Origin: Phoronis australis
Lineage: Eukaryota; Animalia; Phoronida
Assembly (NCBI GenBank): GCA_002633005.1
Contig: NMRA01000060.1
Location: 351,472-415,471, forward strand
Length of the DNA: 64,000 nt
Direction of reading: 5' to 3'
Numbering within the stretch: position 1 is the first letter of the stretch; each line of letters opens with the position of its first letter. Positions 26,801 to 38,800 of the stretch are shown piece after piece. The notes below the pieces were generated by a model. That model did not search any database and was not told where the DNA came from. It saw only the letters and a program-made list of their open reading frames with translations. The position numbers were made by a program, and so were the translations under genes.

Positions 26801-29800
26801 ATTTAATTTGTCTCATAGTTGACATAAATATTAATCTATTAAAACAATTTTCAATGTAATTTATTTTATTACTTACTGTAAAACGATCATGAACTTTGGA
26901 GGATCCTTTCACCCGAACATTCTGGTCTTTAAATCTACGCTTCAGAGTAGTTCTTGGTACTCCAAACTGCCTTGCATCAGTTTTACAGCCCATCTCTCCC
27001 CTTCTCATCGCGGCTATTGCCTTCTCCATGTCCTCACTTTCCCACGCATTTCTTGTAGACGTTCTTATATATTTCCGCGGCATTATCTAAAAACAAAACA
27101 AAACAATAACAATTATTTGTGCTACTCTGTTAAATATGTATGGGGTAAAACGGTCACCCTGTCCGTCTTGTCCCACTACCCAGCTGTCCGTCTTATCCCA
27201 CTACCCAGCTGTCCGTCTTACCCGTTAATGATGTCACCACAATCAAGTTAAGGTCATTTTAAATTTTGTTGTCATTTTCTCATTCACAAGGCATTACTGT
27301 TAAGCTTATAATCACACAATCATCAAGTTTATTTTGTACATTACATTTTTCTAAATATGTTACGAAAGGGAGGTACTCACCTAACTTCGAGAGGCATCAA
27401 ATATTTCATGCCACAACTTATGTCATCTGCAGTTCTGCTAGATTCGCGCCAATATGTGGTTACAACCCCTATCGGTCGAGCAATAAAACGGTGTAGTAGA
27501 CACCTGGTGCCATGCAGCCTTGTTAAGCTAGAAAACTGACTAGGAAGTGGCCGTCTTACTCGGTGGACCGTTTTACCCCACTCTCCCCCATAGGCATTGT
27601 GTTAGCAACAATCATCAAGCCAATTCAGTTAGCATTATCTGCAGATAACTTAATAAGGAATTACTGTACATTAAAGAGTCATTGGCCATTCAAAATCAGC
27701 TTGCCACTGATTCTCTGAATAACATGCAGAGATCAGTGACCCTGGAACTATGGTGATGACCAGCTAGACGGTAAAGTCGCGTGATTTTCGGACGGCCCGC
27801 TATTTTGGGACAAGAATAAATATTTCCAAAATGAGTTTTTCATGGTCCATAAAATTCGTTTTTCAATGATCCTCGAATTTCGGACAATGTCATAAACATC
27901 GGTTTCTGTCCCGCGAATTTCGGACAAGGGAAATTTTAGAAACGCTAATTTCGGATCGACGCAACTCTCGTGTCACTAAAGCGTTCAATGGATTACTACC
28001 GTACTCTCTAAGGCTTGAATCTGAGAATCGATATAACGGACTCTGTAATTTTTACCTTGTGTTGACGATGTCACGACCGTTGCTCGATTGTGTTGCGTTT
28101 AGCTTGTGTTTGGCGCTTTATCTATGAAAAGAATCACTGATAACCGCATGACGAAAATTTCTGTTGAAAATACAAATGGGAAATACACTGAAGGCTGTAA
28201 CTTTTCGTTGTAGCGTGACGCGCTCTGGTTCAATTAGACCGTACTGCTGTTCGACTTCCGACTGTGACATTGAACTTGTACGCCTGACATCAACATGGGT
28301 GTTTACGAAACTTTTTATTTTTAAAACATCCTGGCCTTTGCAAACTTGCCCTTGTCAGTGGCTAAAATCTCCGTGTCCGGATTTTATCCATGGCGTGATG
28401 AGAAATGTTTTTGTTTAGGCCCCCATACACAATACAGCCAAGTCTGTCCATCGGATATCATCCGTTCAAGGTAGTGTAGATGGAGCAGCAGCAGCCAAAC
28501 GAGACGGAGCCAATGTAAAGCTGGTTACAAAGCAAACATAATTAAGTCGCACACCGCGTGAGATTTTATGCTTCTTCAATCTCTTCGGCCGATTAACAGT
28601 CGTCGGACAATAAGTTTTGCTGCCACTTACCTGCATCCCGGAGAATGAGTCTTCATGCAGCCCTTCTGGGCTTGCTTAATAATTTTGAATGGGACAGTTA
28701 ACACGGAATGAGTCACCACTGACTTCACACAGCATTCAGTGCTTCTGACAATGCAATTTTTGGGTTGAAAAATTTCACTAAAAATCTTTATGCAGTTCAA
28801 ACGTTTTTCGTTTTTCAGTGCAGTTGCTAGACTGTCTTCTTGGTATTGCTCATTCGCGTTGAGTGTTTAGCAGCACAAAGCCCAGCACAAACGGCGTGCA
28901 GCGCACACGCAATTGTTAGAGATACCTTGCATCCCTGTCCTACGTTGTTTAAGTGCCCATTCGCCCGCAAAATAGTTCGCTCTGTACTATAACACCTATA
29001 AAATTCTAATGTAAATCCACGTAACCACGCTTCACTACCCTTACAAATTCTCTGTTGCTCTCCAATATGCATCGCAGATGCAAGAATCTCGCTAAGGAAG
29101 CTAGTGTGAGCGTGTGCTTTGCTTGCAATACTTGACCATACCTCTCGAAGTCTTCAGTCTTGCGTATTCATGAGATTCTCACCCTTGCGCCCCGGAGGCA
29201 TGCTAGGGTAGACTTCAGCAGCTGTCTAGCCAAAATCATGTGTTTTCAATTAAAATACATGACAATATATCACGTAATCTCATGAATTCTTGCTTTTTAG
29301 TGGCGTCCTAGCGTTACGAGCTTTACCCCTAGTAGACCTATGGAAGATTGAACTTGCGGCGACCCAATTTTGCTTGCTCACCGGCCTCTGGTCTTTGTAT
29401 TTGTGGTCTTGTTAATTCGCGCCCTGTACCGTCTGAGGTACATTAACACCCTGGACTCCATGGGTTCCGAGATTAAGATGAATCCGGACAAGGACACCGG
29501 GACCCTGCGGCACTCTCTGTCTGCGGTGACTAAGAAAATCCTCTACCAATTTTGAAAAATGACAAGTCAGTTGAATTGGATTTGGTAGTCGTTGCTTCTT
29601 GTGGTCCTAGGGTTAGGCTAACAAGAATACAGGACCTGCAGTCCGATGCAACGGTCCTGGAACCTGATAGGTGTTTCCAACCCAGAATTCCATACTATAT
29701 CTACTTTCTACAGGACCTTCTCTTCTTGTCCCATACGTCACACAGCCTTCAGTTGATAGTTTTGAGACATAAAAAGAAACGTGATCTTAAACTACAGACC

Positions 29801-32800
29801 ATGCTGCTTGTATTACCTAAGATAGTTTTAGGAGCGTTTCAGCTGTAAGTGTATTTAATTCGAGATGACTGTTACATTGCTAATTATTATTGTTCTATTT
29901 TTACCCGAGGTGATGCGTTGCCTGTAGCAAGGGTAAATGATTTTGGGAAGTATTACCAGCGATTTCCATATATAAGTTCGGGAAACCAAACGTCGATGAA
30001 AAAACACCAGGGCCTATACTACAACTACACGAACACAGTACAAATACTGTAGCTCGCCCTAAATATATCTTAGTGAGAATAGTATATTATTTTTAGATTT
30101 CAAACATGCAGTTTTATTCTCAGATATGCATCCCTGGTATATTTTTGGGAAAAAATTTATGATACGCAAACTGGTTATATGTGCTGGACTTGTATACGGA
30201 AATCTACGGTTGATCTTCTTAAACCTGTAAACCATGAAAATTTCATTGAGACAGTTTTGTTCTACTAACATGTTCAACTAACATTCTATTCATGCAAGTC
30301 GGTCAGTACGTTCGCGTTTAAGGTGTTATTGCATTAGGTAAGTGCTGTTTTGATTTTTGTTTGGTGTTTCCATAATATATGTATTCCAATCTTCAAATAG
30401 TCACTGTTATTCTTCAACAACAACATTTTTGTACTTTTAATGCGACTTCAGTAAACTTGAGACTGTTCATACTTTGAATTTTGGTAGATTGAAGCAGTTG
30501 TGGATTTAGAGGGGGTGGCAAGGGGGCCATGCCCCCCTCAAACTCTCCCAGATTCCATTTGGCAATTTGGGGGTGCGAATGCCTGACGGGCAAAACCCTG
30601 GCTAATACTCTGCCCTGCTCCTCACCCCCTAAATAAAAATCCTGGAACCGCCTCTGAGAAGTGTGTGACGTCAATCAGAGAGACCTGTAGGAAGAACTAT
30701 AATTGTCCGTAACTGTAGCGAATATATGACGCAATGAAATGAATTGGTCGACATAGATGCATTGTAATTGGTTAAGTATATCTTAAGGAAGAAGTGGAAA
30801 ATTAAGTATATAAATAGTAGACCGGTACTTGAATTGCCTGATTTACATCCTTCATGAGTTCACGCCATCCCAATGTTTTCGTCTATCTTTTCAGGTCGTC
30901 ACTAGTTGATTCTTCCAACAGTCGTGATCTGCCGAGGAGCCTATTCTATCAACGTGCGCGACCACAGTCAAGGCCGGGCGGGGGTTGGGTGCACCTAGAC
31001 GACACCCGTAGAATTAGTGTGCAGCAGGAGGCGGGGGGGGGGAATTAGTAGTGACCGAAGGAGAGCTGCGTGAAATTAGTGATGACTGTGGACGGCGTTA
31101 AACTGGTGACAATCGGAAGAAACGGCCGGCCTGTTATCTTGCACCCAGATTACCAGAAAATGTTAACAATTATCAGTTCATTTCATCCACAAACAGATTT
31201 CATGAGAGTTTTCACTGTCAGCAGTTCAGCCTGTGGTTAAAAACGTAAGCGAACCCAAATGTGTTAGGTCACCTCAGTTGCATGAAGACGTGCCAGTGTA
31301 TCACTGAGTTAACTTTGGGCCTTACAAAGGCTGTGGATGAGAAAGGTTTTAATTGTAAAAAACGGTTGGGTGAATTTGATGTTGGTAGCATTTGAAATTA
31401 CATTTTCTTTCTAGACCACGCCCTTCTCAGTGGCGGATTTAGATGGGGGCCAAGGGGGCCATGGCCCCCACCTAAAATTCTCCCAGATTACATTTGGCGG
31501 TTCGAGGGTATGAATGTCTGACGGGCAAAATCCTAGCTAATACTCTGTCCTGCCCCCCCAACTCAAAATTCTGGATCCGCCCTTGCTTCTATATACAATA
31601 TGTTAGTTAACCGTGTTTTTAGCCATGCAGCACTGTACTAGTGGACACATTCCCATCGTTTGCAGTAGGCCAAAACATGTAGAACGGCAGTGGTCCCGAG
31701 TCCGATGCGCTTCTCCAACAATTCAGATGACTACCCCAGAGTGGGGATCACGAGTGGATGAGAAACTGCTCATTTTACTATCATGATTGTCTTTGCAATC
31801 TGTTTTGGATATTTGTGCATTCGACGTTTTCATGTTGAAACTGAACTTTTCAGTTTATATGGAAATAAAGGTTTCAGAGATAACTTGCGTTTTGGTTTGT
31901 CACAACTAGCAGGCAATGCATGGATGTGTTTAACAAATATATACTCTGTTCTCGTCATTGCTCATCACTTTCTTTCATTGAACTCGTTCCCACATCCATT
32001 ACTGTACGTTTAACGCAAAATTCGATAAAATTAAGAAAGCGCATGTTTTGATGGTCGGGAACCCTCTTTGTGCGTCAAATGCGCAAGTCCAGCTTTTTAA
32101 TGGGAAGCCACATTGAAAAAAGCGCTTATCGGGCTGCTCTTTTTGCATTGGCAATGCAAACTCGACATTTTTAATTGAGAAAAAGCATTTTTACAAAAGA
32201 GAATCAGTTGTCTGGAACGTTTCATGTGCGTCAACAATGCAAACCAGACCCACTCATTGGAAAGCCCAAATTTGTCACGAGGAACACTCTTTTTTCACAA
32301 CGCAGCCTGATATTTCAAGTGAGATAGCGCATTTTTGAACAAATTCCGTCACTCGTGGAGAAAGGTTTCTAAGCATCGGCAATGCAAGCCGAATATTTCA
32401 TACTGAGAAAGCGCATTTTTGAAAAGAAGAACCAACACTTGTCGGGAACGTTTTTTGTGCGTTGACAACGCACATTTCTTATTGGGAAAGCCCGTTTTTC
32501 AAAAATTAATCGTGCAGACCGTTTGAGTATCATTGACCAGCAATTATACTGCTATCAAATCAGGCCCGTAGCCAGGGGGGTTCGGGGGGTTCGATCGAAT
32601 CCCTCCCCCCCTCCGAGGAAAAAGTCCAGCTCTAGCCTATCTGATAAGATAAGATAGGATTTACTAAACGGACAAAAAATTGTTGTAACTACAAGTTCTA
32701 CTAACTACACTCATAACCAAGTTAATATTAATTTTGAATTTACTTCTGATGTAAAGTGCTTCACATAATCATCGGGTCGTATCCGGCCCAAGTGGTGACT

Positions 32801-35800
32801 GCGTAGGAGCGGGGGCTTTATGTTATTCATCGGCATTGAAAGCGCTAGGTCTCTACACCATAGGGTAACAAGGAAGTCTAGAAGTAAATGTCTATGCCTA
32901 GCTCAAACTTTATAGCATGGAGAGAGATCCCAAAAGTAGTGCAGTGTGAATGCCTTTAAAAATGACCAAGAAACAAAACAGCAGAAAATGGGTTTGTTAT
33001 TTGCTACTTTGGTGTACTTTCTAGCATAGTTTATATTAATTGCAGGCATTTTCAAATTTCGAATTTAAAGTGATCGCCAAATATCTTGAACATCAAGTGT
33101 CCACTTTGATTGTGGATTGGTGGATTGACATGCATGCATGTACACGTGTGTGCATTTCCGTTCTTTTAAATTCAGTACACGCCGTTGGTATGTTCATTGA
33201 CTACTCTCACTGTCGTTTCTCAAAAATCAGACATTTTACTACCGCGTTTTCTTGCACTGAAGAATCACCGCATGCTCACATTATTAGGTAAGTCTAGACC
33301 TCATTAAAACATTGGTCAATGAAGAAAGTCTTCTCTTGTCAATCAATGTCAATGGAGCACAGCTTCGCAGATTTCACACGAGCAACAATTTTGATGGAAA
33401 AGATGTCCAAGGTTACATGTACATGACCGAGGGTTCACTACTCCGAAGGTTCGCTACCTTCGAAAGTTCACCACGTCGAATGTCCACAATTCCAAAACCA
33501 GAACTCCGACAGTAAAAAACTCTGATTTTCCACTAATGATTCAGAACTGAAATTGAATAAGGTATTGTACCATTTAAAGGGTGTGCAAGAGTTGAATAGT
33601 CCGGAAAAGTTTGATTTACATTGTTTACAAAAGAGCTCAGTTCCAATCACTGGCGGTTTTAAATTTTATATGACTGAATGAGACTTCGTGAAGACTCAGG
33701 CAAGGATAGGGTTGCTTACTAACTACATAGTTTCTACCCGGCTGTGCAAGTAGTTCCGGTGGGTGAGGTTAAAGCACAGCGGCCCTAAACTTCTCTGTTG
33801 CGCTGTGAGATGATGCGATCTTGACATGAGATTGATGAATGTATCTTGGTCAATAATTCATCAACATTCCTACATCATATTCTTTTATAAATGCAAGTAC
33901 GTACTCATTTTTCCATATTCGTAAGCAATTTCACATGCACCTGGAATCCAAACAAAGCGATTAGCCGGGTGAATTGTTGTCGGTATAGTTGCATCTAATA
34001 ACTGAAGTGTCGCTTATTTCCGTATGTAAAAGTACAGCAATCACACCTGATTCAGAAATTTTTGACTTTTTCGGAGAAGTGAACTTTCGGAGTGGTGAAC
34101 CTTCGAAGTAGTGAACTTTCGGAATAGTGAACCGGCGGAATAGTGGGCTGTTCCCATTTCCAGCGATGTAAGCAACTTTTAACAAAAATACTATCAGATG
34201 AAAAATTCCGTCAAGCCATTCTCTGACTAAATATTTCCATCGGAGTATATGATGAGGTGCAATCATTCAGTTAAGAAAGCCCGATTTGAAAGTTTTGCAG
34301 GAGGTAGGCCTAACGCCATGGAGAACTTCTCGCTTAAACTGGTCACCGCTAAGATTCCCTTAGCTCCAGACAACTTTTATGATGCCTATTCAGCTCGCCC
34401 TTTGTATTGATGTAGATCTGAGCTAATGAAGTTGAAAGATAATAGCTAGCACTACTGTCTCAAAAAGGATGGTTGTTAGTACACCCAAATTGTTTTCTAT
34501 GGCATTTGCACAAAGTTATAACCTGCAACTGTAGAAAGCAGTTTTAACTTGGTACATTTTAAATATTACAAAATGACTAAAAAAGTTAATTTGTTTTTAT
34601 CTTGACAATGGGTGACTTCCCAAAGGAACGCTGGTTTTAAATTAAATATGTTTCATACCTCATACCGGTTTTTGTTATTTCATTTTAATACTCATGTTGT
34701 TTTTTTTCTTACCAGTTACGGGTTGATATCTTTTTATTTTATTTTTAAACTTGAAGTACCAAAAACAGTAGTAGATTTGATGGCCAGCTAATTGTGAACC
34801 CTTCCCTGAACTTTCCAGATTATAGCTACATTAAACATTTCACAGCGAACAAAAACAGACGGATCATTAGTACAAGTTTAATCTTTATTAGAACTCAAAT
34901 CATAAAATATATACAGAAGTGTAAATGGTGATAGGCAAACTTAAGATTTGAAATCTGGACGATTTCAGTTGCACTAACTACGTAACTATTCTAGCTTTTT
35001 GTCAGCCATAAAAATATAGAGTGGGCACAAGTTAAGTAGAACTGTTTCCTAGTCAAAAAACTGGTTAAGTGAGATTGGAAGAATGCGATATATTGTTAAC
35101 TCTGATCAGTGTTTGTAAATCCCCCGATTGTATCGATGCGCTTGGTCGTTTATCTTCAATTATAGGCCTACCCAATGTTTGTAGTTTTTAGCTTTTAAGA
35201 TCATCGATTTTTGAAAATCCAAAACCTTACTTGGCTGTTTTTTTTTTCAGCTAAATACCGCCGTGGTATTCGTTTTAACAAAAATTATTTATTAATGCAT
35301 TATGAAAATTCGCCATTATGTACAGGCAGTGATGATTACGACAATTTATGGTCCGGTAATTATACTTAATTGGGTCTTGCTCGCGCAGGACAATGCAGTC
35401 AACACAACCATATCCGCACTCTCTTTGATCCTGGTGAAAGCCGCTCAGAAGGAAATGCGGTGATTGTAAGCGTATTATTCCCGGTATGGCGAGAACGTTA
35501 GTCTATATTTATGGATCATATTACGTCCGAATTTGATCCCTGTTGTTTGCGAGCAACCGTCACGACATTCTCATTTCTGGTATTACAAGTTCCGTCTTAT
35601 CTCAGGAACATAGAGCTGAGAGCCATCGTTGCCGTAGATACAGATTTCCCTTCCCCATAATTAACTTGCGTCAAGCGCCTTACCAAGAACTCTAGTATTG
35701 ACGTTTGCAAAAGGTCCACCTTTCTAGAAATCTGAACCACCCCCCGCCCAGTGCTGGCTACGGACCTGCAAATGACCGAGCCAGCAACATTGATACTACA

Positions 35801-38800
35801 ACCGCTCATCGAAATAATGTACACCCACGAAATTCAGACACGAGCGGAAATCCAAATTTGGAGGTTTGCTAAATTAGGACACCACAAAAATGATGTTTCT
35901 CGAGATTCGTCCGAGAATGAGTTTTTTCTATTGGAATTAATTTTGAGTGTCCGAAAATCACGCGACTTTACCGTACTGACTTATATATTCCTTGTATCTC
36001 TCACTTCACTTTATGGATGTTACCTGAGCTGTATGTTGACATTTGTTGTCCTAAATTGTTGTAAATATGATCCTGATCATGTCTAATGAATAGATGAAAC
36101 GTTGATTTAACGTGAACTTTTTTATTTGTGCGGTGATTGTCCGGTTTTTAATTTTAAGTAAGAATGCATGGTGTTTTCATTGGCCTGGTTTTGGAATATC
36201 ATGCATATTTTCACAGCTCATGTCGGTGTAGGGCTGTGGAAACATTCCTGATTTCAGAAATTTAAAAGTACCGGAATTGAAAATGTTTTCTTTAAGAAAG
36301 AGGATTCTGTTCGGTTCAACATTATCCCAACAAATTTGCTCTATCCACTTGCTCTGCATTTTTTGTTTTGATTGATATCACGAAGGCTTAAACAAAAATG
36401 TCACGCATCCCCAAATACTTGTCAAGTTTGTCCAGCTTTCTTCCATCAGAGTTGTAATCCACAGCGCAACAGTAATTATTTTTGTTGGCATTGGCAGGAC
36501 AAATAGAGTATCGCAAGCCAGAAAAACTTGTAAAGAATATGAATACAATGACAACTCCAGTAAATGCAAAACTGAGCTGCAGATATTTTGGCATTGTGGG
36601 TAAACACAGTCAGATTTGACCTCTTAACATTAATGTTGGGTTCATCAGGTGTGAACTAATGGACTAAGGGTAGAAGTGTCTTGAAATTTAGACTCTTGTT
36701 GGGGGGTAAATAAAACTGCATTCACATCAATATTTTCTTAACTAGTATGTGTCCCGTTTCCAGCAAGAATTATGCAATATGCAAGAAAAATGTCTGCTGA
36801 ATAATTTTGAGTGCTTGTCTATTGTGATGTATAATGGTGTCTACTCCTGGTTTTCAACATGGGGTGAATGAACTTATGATTTTTGAGAAGAGGTACTGCT
36901 GTAAAGTTGAGATACCCACCACTTTAAAGTGTAGATTTCAAAAAGGTACTCATTTGTATTCGTGATCTATAAAAAGTCTCCCTTTGGTAGGGTTTTGTTC
37001 TGAAAACATCACGCTTTTGTAGGGGTCAATTCCATTAACCTAACCATTACATGGGGATTCTAGGACAGTTGAATTTTAAGCCCATTTTGAGATATTACAA
37101 GAAGAGATGCTATCGGCATTTTTTCCCTCAGGGTGCACACTTTTGTTTCAGGAATGGCATTTTATGAAGTTTTAATTTCAACTTTGAGACTTCTTTTATT
37201 GGATTCAACATGACATATGGAATATCAGGTTAAATTTTTGTGAAGTATCATCCTCATTTAGTTTTTAAGATATGGCCTGTTGAAATAACAAAAATAAGAA
37301 ATGTGGGCTATGGAGAATACATCATCAGTATTGTTACATCCATGTTGGAAAAGACTTAAATGTGGCTTAGGAACAAGCAAGTTTATTACTCTGGTAACTC
37401 ATATACTTGATCACTGAACATCAATATCAAAAAACTAGATTAACACCTGTGTATGCTTCACAAGGTGTGAGTATACAAATGAAACATAGCAATTGTACTT
37501 AATCCTTAGACATATTTAGCACTTAATTATCATCAGAGTCACATCACTGTCAAAAGGAATGCCTAATTCCATAAAGTACCATCAAAGAAGTACATTAAAT
37601 CAATTTTCATTATCAATAAACATTGTTTGCACAAATAAATCTCACATAACACAGAGGTCATTGAGGGGCTACAGAGAATACAAAATGCGAAGGTAACTAT
37701 TTGTGGGAAGAAAAATACCGGAGCAATGCAATAGAATTCATTTACTTGGCTTGTCAATACTATAACTACTTCTGAATTACAAAAAACAGTTGTGTTTAGA
37801 AAAAGGGAGATAATACCATCTTAATTTTCTTCACACTTGTGTAAATACAAAAATATAACATAATGGAAATTAAAATTTTATCCTAGGACATACTCAGCTC
37901 ATAAGTATCATCAGAGTCACATCACCATCAATGGATGCCTATTTCCATCAACTACCCTCAAAGAAATACAGGATAGCACTTTTCATCATCAGGAAAACAT
38001 TGAATGCATAAATCTCAAATAACACAGAGGTCATGGTAGGTGCTACGGAGAATACGAAATATGCAGATACCTGTTTATTAGTGGATGAACACTTGAGCAA
38101 TGCAATAGAATTCATTTACTAATGTTAATACCAACACTTCTGAATGACCAAGGAACATCCATGTTTTATTAATAACGAGTTTAAACTGAAAAAGTAATTT
38201 TAGCTAAACTTGCCCCAAGTTCCACCCATAAATATTTTTTTAATTGTTCTTGTCTTGGAGAGTTTATTTGTTCCCATTTCCTCCGTGCATGCACCTAGAT
38301 ACAAGTTTTTTTCAAACCATGTACCAACAGTTCAAAGTTTGGGGCTACGGAGAATACAGGGGCTACGGAAAATATGAAAGATATTTTTTCTTATGATCAA
38401 TTCAAATCCAGGGCTTTGTCTAATATTTTTTGTGGGCCAAAAATAACTTCAAGATTCCCAATGTTCAGTATCAAACATCTTTTATTTATGGAAGAATTTA
38501 ATGGAATTCAGACAGGGCTACGGAGAATACACAGTTTCTCTTAGGTGACTGATATTATTTGGTTGAGGAATCCAATCACTAGGACATCTGGTACAAATAT
38601 GTGGTTTCTAGCTCAAATTCTATATACCATCAACCATTAAAAACACAGTTCAAAACACTAGTAATGCTTTTCTTTTTCAGCCATGGCTATAAGAGAAGGA
38701 GCACATGCAAATTTAGGTGTTTTGCATAACATTGACATCATTTTGCAAGTGTGCCTGAAAATTGTGTTTGACCTTTTAGATCCCTGCAATTTTCTGAAGA

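Larger units (their letters stand above)
27769..35973. mobile_element. 8.2-kb pogo/Tc1-mariner-type non-autonomous element
   Basis: Perfect 25-bp TIR CGGTAAAGTCGCGTGATTTTCGGAC; TA on the right flank (GA on the left); subterminal AATTTCGGAC repeats. Penelope sequence resumes after the right TIR. Confidence 0.8.
22547..36110 (+). mobile_element. 5'-truncated Penelope-like retroelement in four pieces (22547-22880, 24366-24523, 27589-27768, 35974-36110)
   Basis: The pieces join into the RT C-terminus/linker (LLHRAWRICSS..NGYP..LGYTGPSS) and a GIY-YIG endonuclease (KSNAVYKVECDNCKEFCIG..RRLSDRLKEH..RHCVSNNH..KESLAI..LN..TLELW*, stop 27754-27756). The 3' region ends in a hammerhead-like motif. Confidence 0.8.

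Noticed and set aside
35388-35700. Death-domain-like fragments (VLFPVWRER, FASNRHDI) as continuation of 31050
   Set aside because: Requires several frameshifts and lies within a separately inserted 3.2-kb element; too weak to support.
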